From NCBI GenBank assembly GCA_043756365.1, contig JAYURF010000495.1, forward strand, positions 4,445 through 68,444: DNA of 64,000 nt, in the 5' to 3' direction. Below the pieces are notes generated by a model that was given only the letters and a program-made list of their open reading frames with translations, ran no database searches and was not told the DNA's origin. Positions 37,471 through 47,131 of the stretch are shown here, in pieces. The translations under genes were made by a program, and so were the position numbers. Position 1 is the stretch's first letter, and each line of letters opens with the position of its first letter. This DNA comes from Acidimicrobiales bacterium (GTDB taxonomy: Bacteria > Actinomycetota > Acidimicrobiia > Acidimicrobiales > Ilumatobacteraceae).

Positions 37471-38631
37471 TCAGGTGATCTTGCCGAGCACCTGCCGGCC
37501 CACGATCTCCTTCATGATCTCGGTCGTGCCGCCGAAGATGCGGCTGACCCTGGCGTCGGCGTACGCCCGAGCGATCGGGTACTCCATCATGAACCCGTTG
37601 CCTCCGTGGAGCTGCAGGCCCGCGTCCACCGTGCGTTGCTGCACCTCTGACGAACGCCACTTCGCGATCGCCGCATCCTCAGCCGAGAGGTTCCCCTGAT
37701 TGTGCGCCACGACGCACTGGTCGACGAAGTGCGTCGCGATCTCCACGTCGGCGTGCATCTCCGCCAACGAGAAGCGCACGGCCTGGAACGATCCGATCGC
37801 GGCCCCGAACGCGCGTCGATCTCGGCAGTACGAGGTCGTCCACGACAGAGCGGCTCTCGCGGCCCCGAGCGCCATCACCGCGATCGACAGGCGCTCTTGA
37901 GGAAGGTTCGCGACCATCTGCTGGAATCCAGCGCCTTCCGCCGCTCCGAGCAGGTTCTCCGCCGGCACCTCGACATCGGAGAAGAACAGTTCAGCGGTGT
38001 CTTGGCTGTGGAGCCCGAGCTTGTCGAGGTTTCGTCCGCGTTCGAATCCGCTCATCCCGCGTTCGACCAACAGCAGTGACAGCCCGCCGTGCCGCAGCGA
38101 CGGGTCTGTCTTGGCCGCGACGATGACGAGATCGGCGTTGATGCCGTTGGAGATGAAGGTCTTCGAGCCGTTGACGACGTAGTGATCGCCGCGACGGATC
38201 GCGGTCGTCGCGATCCCGGCCAGGTCGCTGCCGTTCGACGGCTCCGTCATGGCGACGGCACAGATCAGTTCGCCGGACGCAAGCCCGGGAACCCACTGTT
38301 GCCGTTGCTCGACGGTGCCGAAGCATGTGAAGTAGGGGAGGCAGACATCGCTCTGCAGCGTCAATCCGACGGCGATGCCACCCGCACCGACGCGCTGCAT
38401 CTCCTCGGAGAAGATCTGGTTGTAGCGGAAGTCGGTGACACCACCGCCCCCGTACTCCCCAGGGACGCCGGTCGCGAGGAAGCCGCTCTCGCCGGCGCGT
38501 CGGAACAGCTCGCGGTCGACGATGCCGGCGCGCTCCCAACGCTCGATGTTCGGCACGATCTGGCGCTCGACGAACTGCGCGACGGCCTCGCGGAACATCT
38601 CGTGCTCGACGTCGAAGATCGTTCGCTGCAT
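37471..38631 (-). CDS. Acyl-CoA dehydrogenase
   Basis: 386 aa; AVAMTEPSNGSDL, C-terminal RIFGGTTEIMKEIVGR. Confidence 0.9.
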   Translation of the reverse strand: MQRTIFDVEHEMFREAVAQFVERQIVPNIERWERAGIVDRELFRRAGESGFLATGVPGEYGGGGVTDFRYNQIFSEEMQRVGAGGIAVGLTLQSDVCLPYFTCFGTVEQRQQWVPGLASGELICAVAMTEPSNGSDLAGIATTAIRRGDHYVVNGSKTFISNGINADLVIVAAKTDPSLRHGGLSLLLVERGMSGFERGRNLDKLGLHSQDTAELFFSDVEVPAENLLGAAEGAGFQQMVANLPQERLSIAVMALGAARAALSWTTSYCRDRRAFGAAIGSFQAVRFSLAEMHADVEIATHFVDQCVVAHNQGNLSAEDAAIAKWRSSEVQQRTVDAGLQLHGGNGFMMEYPIARAYADARVSRIFGGTTEIMKEIVGRQVLGKIT

Positions 38632-38641
38632 CGCAGTCGGT

Positions 38642-39976
38642 TCAGTGGTGGCTCAGGCTGAGGCCGTCGAGCGCGTCGGCGAACTTCTCGAGCGCGGCAG
38701 CGCGTCGGGTGGGCACGTGCTCCTTGGGGGGATCGCTCGCGCGGTAGCGCTTGAGTACCTGGCGGGCGACGGTCACCTTGTGGATCTCGTCGGGGCCGTC
38801 GTAGATGCGGGCCGCGCGAGCCTCGCGGTACATGGATTCGAGGGGAAGGTCCGTCGTGTAGCCGAGTGATCCGTGGATCTGGATCGCGCGGTCGATCACG
38901 TTGTAGAGCGCCCTGGCGCCCCAGAACTTGATCACGCCGATCTCGATCCGGGCGTCGCTGTAGTGCTTGCCCGCGGCGTGCAGCTGGTCCATCTTCCATG
39001 CCGCCTGCAGCGTCAGCAGACGGGCCGCCTGCATCTCGGCGTAGCTCTCCGCGATCCAGTCCTGCACCATCTGCTTCTCGGCGAGCAGCGACCCGTGCGT
39101 GTAGCGGGTGAGCGCGCGCTCGCACAGCAGGTCGAACGCCCGCTGGCTCTGGCCGAGCCAGCGCATCGCGTGGTGGATGCGACCCGGTCCGAGCCGCTTC
39201 TGCGCGAGCGCGAAGCCCTGCCCGATGCCGGCCTCGCCGCCGACGATGTTCTCGAACGGGACGCGCGCGTTCTCGTAGAGGATCTCGGCGTGCCCGCGCG
39301 GCTCGCCGGCCTTGTGGTCCGGCTCGGCCATCGTCGGGACGTCGCGCAGGATGTTCACGCCGGACGTGTTCGTCGGGACGATGATCATCGAGTAGTTCTT
39401 GTACGGGCTCGTCTCGTTGTCGCCGGTCTTGACCATGGTGATGAGGAAGTCGGCGATCGACGCGTTCGACGAGAACCACTTGTGGCCGTTGATGACCCAC
39501 TCGTCCCCGTCGCGCATCGCCGTCGTCGAGAGCAGGGTCGGGTCCGCGCCGGCGCCGGGCTCGGTCATCGAGAAGCAGCTGCGCATCTTGCCGTCGAGGA
39601 GGGGCTGCATCCACTGCTCGCGCTGCGCGTCGGTGCCCCCGACCGCGATCAGCTCGGCATTGCCGCTGTCGGGCGCGTTGTTGCCGAAGATCGACGGCCC
39701 GTAGGGCGTCTGCCCCAGGACCTCGTGCATCAGACCCAACTTGACCTGGCCGAAGCCGAGGCCGCCCATGTCGGGCGGGAGGTGCGCGGCCCACAGGCCC
39801 TGCCGCTTGACCTCCTCCTTCAACGGGTCGGTGATCTGGGCAAACGCTGCGCGACCCTCCGGGCCGCGCCAATGATCCGCGAGCGTCTCGAGCGGCATGA
39901 TCTCGTCGCGGACGAACCCGCGCATCCACGCGAGCTTCTCCTCGAACTCCGGCTCCGTCTCGAAATCCCACGCCAT
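38642..39976 (-). CDS. Acyl-CoA dehydrogenase (long form)
   Basis: 444 aa; FSMTEPGAGADP, VIDRAIQIHGSLG, ARIYDGPDEIHKVTVAR. SD AAGGAGGA. Confidence 0.9.
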   Translation of the reverse strand: MAWDFETEPEFEEKLAWMRGFVRDEIMPLETLADHWRGPEGRAAFAQITDPLKEEVKRQGLWAAHLPPDMGGLGFGQVKLGLMHEVLGQTPYGPSIFGNNAPDSGNAELIAVGGTDAQREQWMQPLLDGKMRSCFSMTEPGAGADPTLLSTTAMRDGDEWVINGHKWFSSNASIADFLITMVKTGDNETSPYKNYSMIIVPTNTSGVNILRDVPTMAEPDHKAGEPRGHAEILYENARVPFENIVGGEAGIGQGFALAQKRLGPGRIHHAMRWLGQSQRAFDLLCERALTRYTHGSLLAEKQMVQDWIAESYAEMQAARLLTLQAAWKMDQLHAAGKHYSDARIEIGVIKFWGARALYNVIDRAIQIHGSLGYTTDLPLESMYREARAARIYDGPDEIHKVTVARQVLKRYRASDPPKEHVPTRRAAALEKFADALDGLSLSHH

Positions 39977-40025
39977 GATGTTCCTCCTTACGTTGATGAC
40001 GAGTCCCGCGACGCGGCGGGAGGAT

Positions 40026-40517
40026 TCAGTACCGCTCAGGGATCTCGATGTCGTGCAGGTACCCGCACTGCGATGAGTCAGTGATCGAGTATGGGATCGT
40101 CACTCGGTGGCGAATCTTCCAACCATCCGCGGTACGCAGGTACTCGGTGTGATTGATCGGGACCAACTCCCGCTTGTGACTGACACCGTGTTCGTCGACG
40201 TGAGCCCACTCGAAGACGAGGTGGGCCCGGGTCGTCGCCTCGTCGCCCGAGATCGTCACCTTGGGCGTCGACACTCGGTGCATGCACGTCCCGGGCATCG
40301 CCGAACACGCAGCTGCGAGGGCTGCGCTCCCCCGCAGCGGTGGCGCTGCTTCGGGCATGCCAGGGATCGTCGGCCACTGGTACACGCCGTCCGCTGTGAA
40401 CAACGCAGCCCAACCCGCACCGTCAGCCGCATCACAGCGCAGCGCATACTCGCCTTCGATGTCGAGGATCGCCAGCCGATCCTCCGTGTCGCGTGCGGTC
40501 GTCGGGACATCGCTCAT
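40026..40517 (-). CDS. SnoaL_4/NTF2-like protein (paralog of 48249-48746)
   Basis: DRLAILDIEGEYALRCDAADGAGWAALFTADGVYQ...YLRTADGWKIRHRVTIPYS...CGYLHDIEIP. ATG 40517 has a GGAGGAGG SD. Confidence 0.75.
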   Translation of the reverse strand: MSDVPTTARDTEDRLAILDIEGEYALRCDAADGAGWAALFTADGVYQWPTIPGMPEAAPPLRGSAALAAACSAMPGTCMHRVSTPKVTISGDEATTRAHLVFEWAHVDEHGVSHKRELVPINHTEYLRTADGWKIRHRVTIPYSITDSSQCGYLHDIEIPERY

Positions 40518-40861
40518 GTTCCTGCGCCTCCTCCCCGTGTGCGTTGTGAACCCCACGATCCACCAGCGCTCCTACTGTAGCAGGCGGACGTGCGGCGCGT
40601 CCCCGCGACTCACGCCTACGCTGCGGCCTAAAGCCGTGAAACAGGACCCAAAGAGCTGATCCGATGCGAAGCTGCCGTGTGTTGCGCGTCCAGAAGCGGA
40701 ACTCACAAACTCTGGCTCGCGCGGCGCGGTCGGGCGTCTGTGGCATGGCCGCGTGACTTCTGAGGGCACTGAAGGCATGACACGGATGAAGCCGCCTCAC
40801 AGAGAGCGGCCGGCCGAATCCGGAGGAGCGGCCGGCGACCACGTCCGGAGCGTCGTTGCGA

Positions 40862-41716
40862 TCACGCCGTCGAGGAGAGCCCGCTGAAGTGGACGTGGTC
40901 GTCGGGCGAGGCATCGGCATAGCGCGCGAGCATCTCGTGCTCCCTCGCAACGGTCTCCGGTTGACGCTGGCACTTCATGAACAGGCGCGACTCACGAGTC
41001 AGACCCTCGTCGAGCGGGAGTTCGATCGCCGCCATGATCGATTGCTTCGCAGCGATGATGGCGTGCCGCGGCTGAGTCGCCATCGGCAGCGACCATTCGA
41101 TCACGGCATCGAGGAAGCCCTCAACGGGGAACACCGCTTCGACAAGCCCGATCGCGCGAGCTTCAGCGGCTCCGACCACTCGCCCGGACAGGATGATCTC
41201 CGCCGCGCGACCGACACCGACGAGCCGAGGGAGCCACTGCGTGCCCCCTGCGCCCGGGATCAGTCCCAACGGCACCTCCACTTGAGCGAGATGAGCAGAC
41301 GCGGCGGCGACTCGCATCGTGGCGGCCAGCGCCACCTCGCAGCCCCCGCCCCAGGCTTGTCCGTTGATCGCCGCGACCACCGGTTGGGGCATCGACCTAA
41401 GCCTCGCGAAGGTGCGCGGCCAGACTGCGGTGTCGACGTCTTCCAGCTGCTCTCGGCTGGTGAGCCGCGTCAGGTCTGCGACGTCTGCATGGCCGACGAA
41501 GTAGCCGGATACTCCGCCCGTCAGGATCAACAGGTTGATCGAGTCGTCGATCGCGACCGCCTCGACGAGCCGCTCCATCTGCGACATCGCCGAGAAGTTC
41601 ATCAGGTTCCGCGGTGGACGTGTGAACGTCGCGATCGCGATCTCCCCGCGCGGTCCGTGCCGACTGAGTTGCCAAAGCTCCCCGTCGCTCGCCGCGGCCT
41701 CGGTGGTTGACCCCAT
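40862..41716 (-). CDS. Enoyl-CoA hydratase/isomerase (crotonase) family
   Basis: PVVAAINGQAWGGGCEVALAATMRVAA, VPLGLIPGAGGTQWLPRLVG. The 601-aa ORF 40862-42667 is an antisense extension; ATG at 41716. Confidence 0.85.
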   Translation of the reverse strand: MGSTTEAAASDGELWQLSRHGPRGEIAIATFTRPPRNLMNFSAMSQMERLVEAVAIDDSINLLILTGGVSGYFVGHADVADLTRLTSREQLEDVDTAVWPRTFARLRSMPQPVVAAINGQAWGGGCEVALAATMRVAAASAHLAQVEVPLGLIPGAGGTQWLPRLVGVGRAAEIILSGRVVGAAEARAIGLVEAVFPVEGFLDAVIEWSLPMATQPRHAIIAAKQSIMAAIELPLDEGLTRESRLFMKCQRQPETVAREHEMLARYADASPDDHVHFSGLSSTA

Positions 41717-41881
41717 GTGACGCTCGCCCCTCCTTCGATGTCTGCGCTGCGCTGCCCACAATAGCGTCGTGAATCTGCGTCTCGCCCGGAAACGCGAACG
41801 TAAACTCCCCAGTACGGTGTTGACACTCCGAGTGTGCGGGGCTACGGTCCCGGAGACGCAACTCGCAGAGGAGTGGGGCTC

Positions 41882-42580
41882 ATGGAACAGCTGATCGGAC
41901 GCAGCTTCGGCGATCCGCCGTACAACTACGAGCGGGGCGAGGAGATCACGGTCGTGTTCCGTACGGATCCGGACGTGCTGAAGGCGGTTCTGCCCCCCGT
42001 GCTGAAGCCGCTCGGCAGCCGGGGGCTCGCCGTGGCTCGCGTCATGCGCCACGCGCGCAGCACGTTCGGGCCGTACATCGGCGTCTACCTCGGCGCACCG
42101 GCGCTGCTGGACGATCAGCCGGTCTTCCACCTGTTCAGCGGGATGAAGACGGGATTCAGCGGCACAGTCGCTGGGCGTGAGGTGTGGGGCATGCCGCTCC
42201 AGGTCGGCGACGTCACGCTCGGCTGGCAGGGCGACGTGTTGAACGTGGTTGCCGGCCGCCACGGCATCGACTTCGTCCGCTTCTCGGTTCGACTCGAGCA
42301 CCGGATCGAGGCGCCGGAGGGACGCGCCGGAATGGGGACGTTCGCGACGCGGCGTCAGGTGTTCGAGAAGGATTCGACCGATCACGTGCTGGTCGGTCTG
42401 AAGGGTGAGGCGGACCTGAGCGAGACGAAGCACTGGAAGGCCTCGTCCTATCTGCACCTCGTCGGCGGCGAGCCCGGCGACGACTGGTCGATCTTCCCGG
42501 TACGCGAGATCGTCCAGACCCGCTACAACACCGGTGGATACGACACGTTGAACCGCGGTGTCGTCCTCGCCGAGTGGTGA
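41882..42580 (+). CDS. Acetoacetate decarboxylase (ADC)-family protein
   Basis: FGDPPYNYERGEEITVVFRTDPDVLKAVLPPVLKP... and a beta-cone-like remainder. ATG 41882 has a GAGGAG SD. Confidence 0.55.
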   Translation: MEQLIGRSFGDPPYNYERGEEITVVFRTDPDVLKAVLPPVLKPLGSRGLAVARVMRHARSTFGPYIGVYLGAPALLDDQPVFHLFSGMKTGFSGTVAGREVWGMPLQVGDVTLGWQGDVLNVVAGRHGIDFVRFSVRLEHRIEAPEGRAGMGTFATRRQVFEKDSTDHVLVGLKGEADLSETKHWKASSYLHLVGGEPGDDWSIFPVREIVQTRYNTGGYDTLNRGVVLAEW

Positions 42581-42589
42581 CGGGATCCA

Positions 42590-43417
42590 GTGGCATATGA
42601 GTTGAGTGGCCTCGACGGCAAGGTGGCCGTCGTGACCGGTGCGGGTCGCATGCGGTCGATCGGTCACTCGATCGCGGTCGCGCTCGCAACGGCGGGTTGC
42701 GACGTGGTTCCGGTCGGGACCGGACGGGATCCGGACTCGTTCCCGGACGACGAGAAGGCTGCCGGATGGCGCGACGTCGACAGCGTCGCAGACGAAGTCC
42801 GTTCCCTGGGGTCACGTGCCCTCGCGCTGCAGGGGGACATCTCGAACGAGCAGGACGTGATTCGTCTGCGTGATGCGGTCGTGGCCGAGTTCGGTCGGGT
42901 CGACATCGTCGTCAACAACGCGAGCGTCGCCATCGGCAAGGACCGAGGGCCGGTGATCGATCTCGAGCCTGCGGTGTGGCAGCGGCTGATGGACGTCAAC
43001 CTCACCGGCAGCTTCTTGATGTCGAAGCACTTCGGTGCATGTCTCGTCGAGCAGGGGCACGGCGGGTCGATCGTCAACATCTCGTCAGCGGCGGGCAAGA
43101 CGCTGCCGCCGAACATGGCCGCGTACGCGGCGTCGAAGGCGGCGCTGCAGGCCTTGACCGGTTCGATGGCGCAGGAAGTGGCGGCGAGCGGCGTGCGTGT
43201 GAACGCAGTGCTGCCGGGACTGATCGACACCGCGCGCATGGACGGAGTCGGCCGCGGCGACGCCTGGAACGAGATGGTCGCAGAGAAGATCCCGCTCGGA
43301 CGAGCCGGCAGCCCGCGCGACGTCGCCGCACTGGTGGTCTTCCTCTGCTCCGACGAGGGCGCATGGATCACCGGACAGCACTACCTGGTCGACGGCGGCC
43401 GGGCGATCGGCCACTGA
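42590..43417 (+). CDS. SDR-family oxidoreductase (paralog of 24595-25422)
   Basis: VAVVTGAGRMRSIGHS, YAASKAAL. GTG start, like its paralog. Confidence 0.85.
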   Translation: MAYELSGLDGKVAVVTGAGRMRSIGHSIAVALATAGCDVVPVGTGRDPDSFPDDEKAAGWRDVDSVADEVRSLGSRALALQGDISNEQDVIRLRDAVVAEFGRVDIVVNNASVAIGKDRGPVIDLEPAVWQRLMDVNLTGSFLMSKHFGACLVEQGHGGSIVNISSAAGKTLPPNMAAYAASKAALQALTGSMAQEVAASGVRVNAVLPGLIDTARMDGVGRGDAWNEMVAEKIPLGRAGSPRDVAALVVFLCSDEGAWITGQHYLVDGGRAIGH

Positions 43418-43433
43418 GGCAGAAGGGGATTCG

Positions 43434-43931
43434 ATGAGCCAACAGCAGAGCGGGACGACACCGATCATCGTCAACGGCGCGGAAGAGTTGCGGGCGCTCG
43501 TCGGTCAGTTCCTCGGCTACAGCCACTGGGTCGAGATCGACCAGGAGCGGGTGAACCAGTTCGCCGAGGCAACCGGCGACCACCAGTGGATCCATGTCGA
43601 CCCGGAACGCGCTGCGCGCGAGAGCCCCTTCGGCGGACCGATCGCGCACGGCTATCTCACGCTCTCCATGGGACCGGTGCTGCTCCCGACGGTTCTCCAG
43701 GTCGAGGGGTTCGCCATGGGCGTGAACTACGGGTCCAACCGCGTCCGGTTCACGTCGCCAGTTCCCGTCGGGTCGCGACTGCGCGTCGGCGTCACGCTGG
43801 TGTCCGTTGAGGACATCCCGAACGGGATCCAGACCTGCTTCCAGCTCCAGTTCGAGACCGAGGGTTCGAATCGGCCCGCGTGCGTCGCGGAGGTCGTGGG
43901 CCGGCGTTATCGGGGAGGCTCGAATGGCTGA
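43434..43931 (+). CDS. MaoC-like (R)-specific enoyl-CoA hydratase / hot-dog fold dehydratase
   Basis: FAEATGDHQWIHVDPERAARESPFGGPIAHGYL hydratase motif; 165 aa. Confidence 0.8.
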   Translation: MSQQQSGTTPIIVNGAEELRALVGQFLGYSHWVEIDQERVNQFAEATGDHQWIHVDPERAARESPFGGPIAHGYLTLSMGPVLLPTVLQVEGFAMGVNYGSNRVRFTSPVPVGSRLRVGVTLVSVEDIPNGIQTCFQLQFETEGSNRPACVAEVVGRRYRGGSNG

Positions 43932-44826
43932 ACGAGCGGCGACGGCGTCGACGAACGCGCGCTCGGGGATCGCCATCGACCTGCGCCCGTTGGGCGGAAA
44001 GGCCGCCCTCGTCACCGGCGGCAACCGCGGGCTCGGACGCGCGTTCGCAGTTCGCCTCGCGACGCTCGGTGCCAACGTCGCGGTCTGTGACGTCGACCTC
44101 GACAACCACCTCGAGTTCGAACAGGATCGGGCGCAGAGCGGTTCGATGAGCGCTGTCGACGAGCTGTCGAACCTGGGCGTCGACGCCTTCGCGATGGAGC
44201 AGGATGCCGCCGACTTCGACGCGCAGCGCGAGATCGCAGACGCGATGCTGCAGCGCTGGGGCCGGATCGACGTCGCGGTGTGCAACGCCGGCGGATCGGT
44301 CGGGTTGCCGGGGATCACGATGGGGCCGGCGATGTTCGCGTCCACGCTTGATCCTGTGGAGCTGGATCTGATCCTTCGGCGAAACCTCATCGCGACCGTC
44401 GCGACCTGCGTCGCCGTCGCGCCGGTGATGAAGTCGCAGGGGTCCGGTTCGATCGTGACTCTCGGGTCGGTGAACGGCGTCGAGCCGCTGCGCAGCGGCG
44501 CGTCGGCTCACTACGGCGTCGCGAAGGCGGCGGTCGTGATGTACACGCGGTATCTCGCGCAGGAGCTCGGGCCGTTCGGGGTTCGTGCGAACTGCCTCCT
44601 CCCGGGCGTGACTGCCACGGGCAGAGCGATGTCGGTGATGTCGTCCGCGGCGAGCGCGCAGTTCGGGAAGCAGGCCGTCGAGTTGGAGGAGCGGACGGCG
44701 CTGCGTCGAGTGATGCAGATCGACGACTGCGTCGCCGCTCTCGACTTCCTCGCGACGGATGCGTCGCGGTTCTTCACGGGCCACGTCCTTCCCGTGGACG
44801 GCGGCGAGCTGCGAGGTCCGGCGTGA
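43924..44826 (+). CDS. SDR-family oxidoreductase
   Basis: AALVTGGNRGLGRA, CNAGG, YGVAKAAV. ATG overlaps the MaoC stop by 8 nt. Confidence 0.8.
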   Translation: MAERAATASTNARSGIAIDLRPLGGKAALVTGGNRGLGRAFAVRLATLGANVAVCDVDLDNHLEFEQDRAQSGSMSAVDELSNLGVDAFAMEQDAADFDAQREIADAMLQRWGRIDVAVCNAGGSVGLPGITMGPAMFASTLDPVELDLILRRNLIATVATCVAVAPVMKSQGSGSIVTLGSVNGVEPLRSGASAHYGVAKAAVVMYTRYLAQELGPFGVRANCLLPGVTATGRAMSVMSSAASAQFGKQAVELEERTALRRVMQIDDCVAALDFLATDASRFFTGHVLPVDGGELRGPA

Positions 44827-45662
44827 AGCTCGGGATCTACGGCGCGTGTCTCGGGGCGATGGCATCCCCTGATGCGGTCGGTGCAGCGCAACTCGCGGAG
44901 CGTCTCGGGTACGAGTCGTTGTGGACGGGCGAGCATATGGCTCTCCCGGATCCTCAGGTCCCGCCGTCGCACCGCGACCCGAAGCACCCGTTCTTCGACC
45001 CGATCGTCGGGATGACGTTCCTCGCGGCGCACACGACCTCGATCCGGCTCGGTCTCGGCATCCTGATCCTCCCGCAACGCCACCCCGTCCAGCTCGCGAA
45101 GGAACTCACGACGCTCGACATCCTGAGCAACGGGAGGCTAATCGTCGGCGTCGGGGTCGGCTACCTCGAATCCGAGTTCCGCGCCGTCGGTGCCGACTTC
45201 CGAACGCGGGCGGCGCGCACGAACGAGAACCTCGAGGCGCTGCGGACGCTGTGGAACGACGAGCCGCCGCGTCTGAACGGTCGCTTCGTCACGATCGACG
45301 GCGTCGACTCGTATCCCCGACCGGCAACACCAGGAGGTCCGCCGGTGACCGTCGGCGGGCACTCCGACGCGGCGCTGAAACGAGCAGTGCGATACGGGAA
45401 GGGGTGGATCGGCTTCAACCTGGATCCAGCCGCCGCTGCCGCACACGTCCAGCGCCTCCGCGCAGCCGCCGAGGAGCTGGGTGTAGACCTTGCCGGGTTC
45501 GAGATCACCGTCGCGACGCGGGTGCCGCTCGACCGCGGGGTGATCGAGGAGTTCGCGGCCTGCGGCGTCGAGCGACTCATCGTCACGGCCGAGGGCGACA
45601 CCATCGCCGACGTGAAGGCGATCATCGAACGCAACGCGCCGGCCAACCTGCTTCCCGACTGA
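44823..45662 (+). CDS. LLM-family flavin/F420-dependent oxidoreductase
   Basis: VKLGIYG...GYESLWTGEHM...RLGLGILILPQRHPVQLAKELTTLDILSNGRLIVGVGVGY. GTGA overlap with the upstream SDR. Confidence 0.85.
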   Translation: MKLGIYGACLGAMASPDAVGAAQLAERLGYESLWTGEHMALPDPQVPPSHRDPKHPFFDPIVGMTFLAAHTTSIRLGLGILILPQRHPVQLAKELTTLDILSNGRLIVGVGVGYLESEFRAVGADFRTRAARTNENLEALRTLWNDEPPRLNGRFVTIDGVDSYPRPATPGGPPVTVGGHSDAALKRAVRYGKGWIGFNLDPAAAAAHVQRLRAAAEELGVDLAGFEITVATRVPLDRGVIEEFAACGVERLIVTAEGDTIADVKAIIERNAPANLLPD

Positions 45663-45683
45663 GGTCCACCGCTCCTCCTGCGG

Positions 45684-46580
45684 CTACGAGCTCGTCGTCG
45701 CGAGACCGAAGTCGCGAAGCGCGTCGGCCGCGATGCGTGCGGCCTGCAAGTGCCCGTCCGGGAACCGCAGTCCGGCATCCATCGTGTCGATGGCCAGGTG
45801 AGTGACGCCGAAGCCGAGCCATTCGGCAGCGCGCTCACGGATCGTGCGCGCGTCGCATCCGCCGACAGGGATGCGGCCTTGGAGACCGACCTCGCCGGGG
45901 TCACGTCCTGCGTTCGCTGCTGCGCTCCTGAGGTGCTCCATCGCGTCCGCGAGCTGCGGTCCCGGTGAGATCGGCATCACACCGTCCGCGAGACGCCCGG
46001 CCCGCGCGAGGGCCACACGGCTCGAACCCAGCGCGAACCAGAGCGGGATCGGCTTCTGGACCGGTGTCGGGAGCAGCCCCGCCGAGGAGACGACCTCGAA
46101 CTCGCCGCGGAAGTCGACCGACTTCTCGGTCCACAAGCGGCGCAGCAGACCGATCTGCTCCTCGAACCGCCGGCCGCGCGTGGAGAAGTCCTTCCCGAGC
46201 GCCTCGTACTCGACCTTGTTCCAGCCGATGCCGACGCCGAGGCGCAATCTCCCGCGGCTCAGGAGATCGAGCTCGGCGGCCTGCTTCGCAAAGAGGACCG
46301 TCTGCCGTTGCGGCAGGACGATGACAGCGGTCATGAGCTCCAGCGTGGTCTTCGCCGCTGCGTACGCGAAGAGCATCAACGGCTCGTGGAACGGATCGTC
46401 GACGTCGTACGCGCCGCTCCACCCGGGGTGCCCCGCCGGGTCGGCACCGACCACGTGGTCGTATGCGATGAGATGGTCGTACCCGGCGTCGCTCACGCCC
46501 GCGAGGAACTCATCGATGGCGTCGGCGTCTCCCGTCGACTCCATCTGAGGGAACGTGGCGCCGAGCCGAACCGCGCTCAC
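45684..46580 (-). CDS. LLM-family flavin/F420-dependent oxidoreductase
   Basis: LELMTAVIVLPQRQTVLFAKQAAELDLLSRGRLRLGVGIGWN. GTG start overlapping the upstream SnoaL stop (GTGA). Confidence 0.85.
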   Translation of the reverse strand: MSAVRLGATFPQMESTGDADAIDEFLAGVSDAGYDHLIAYDHVVGADPAGHPGWSGAYDVDDPFHEPLMLFAYAAAKTTLELMTAVIVLPQRQTVLFAKQAAELDLLSRGRLRLGVGIGWNKVEYEALGKDFSTRGRRFEEQIGLLRRLWTEKSVDFRGEFEVVSSAGLLPTPVQKPIPLWFALGSSRVALARAGRLADGVMPISPGPQLADAMEHLRSAAANAGRDPGEVGLQGRIPVGGCDARTIRERAAEWLGFGVTHLAIDTMDAGLRFPDGHLQAARIAADALRDFGLATTSS

Positions 46581-47131
46581 GAATGCTCCTTGATCTCCCG
46601 CAACGATCCGCGGAGGAGCTCTCGGGCGTCATCGGTCCCGTCGATCAGCCGATGCGTTCGTGTCTCCACCTTCCACTGTCCGTCGGCGCGCACCCAGTCC
46701 CACCGGCTCGCCGTCAGCCGCCAGATCTTGAAGCCGTCGTCGCCCTTCACGTAGAGGAAGTGGTACCCGATCCCGACGGCGCGGTCTCCGTCGATCCTGA
46801 TCAGAGGCAGGCTCGGGACGTGCGCACAGCCTTCGCTGACGAGCTTGCGGTGGAGGTCGCCGTTCAGCATCGCGGCGATCTCGGCCCGCCCGTGCATCGC
46901 GGACATCTGCAGTCCCGGGAGATTCGCACCGGGCATCTCGGACGGGCGCCGCGCAGTGCCGTCGTAGACGCCGTCCTCGAGCCAGATCTCCGTGGCGGCG
47001 TCCGTCGACAGGCTGTCGACAGCGGGGCCGTACGTCGCCATCGTCTGATAGAGCGCGAGATGGTCCGCGAGCTCGGTCACCCGTCCTTCCAGTACGCGTA
47101 GGCGCGCGTCGAGCTCCTCCGGCGAGCTCAC
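46577..47131 (-). CDS. SnoaL_4/NTF2-like protein with N-terminal helical extension
   Basis: VSSPEELDARLRVLEGRVTELADHLALYQTMATYGPAVD...FKIWRLTASRWDWVRADGQWKV. GTG 47131 overlaps the upstream stop (GTGA). Confidence 0.65.
   Translation of the reverse strand: MSSPEELDARLRVLEGRVTELADHLALYQTMATYGPAVDSLSTDAATEIWLEDGVYDGTARRPSEMPGANLPGLQMSAMHGRAEIAAMLNGDLHRKLVSEGCAHVPSLPLIRIDGDRAVGIGYHFLYVKGDDGFKIWRLTASRWDWVRADGQWKVETRTHRLIDGTDDARELLRGSLREIKEHS

Noticed and set aside
40780-40861. Rho-independent terminator downstream of the crotonase gene (gccggcc...ggccggc stem)
   Set aside because: The stem is short with a ~14-nt loop and no trailing U-tract. GC-rich palindromes such as ggccggcc are frequent here by composition.
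40862-42667. 601-aa minus-strand ORF as a single large protein
   Set aside because: Only the C-terminal 285 aa (from ATG 41716) is a crotonase. The upstream part is antisense to the ADC-family and SDR genes and has no recognisable fold.
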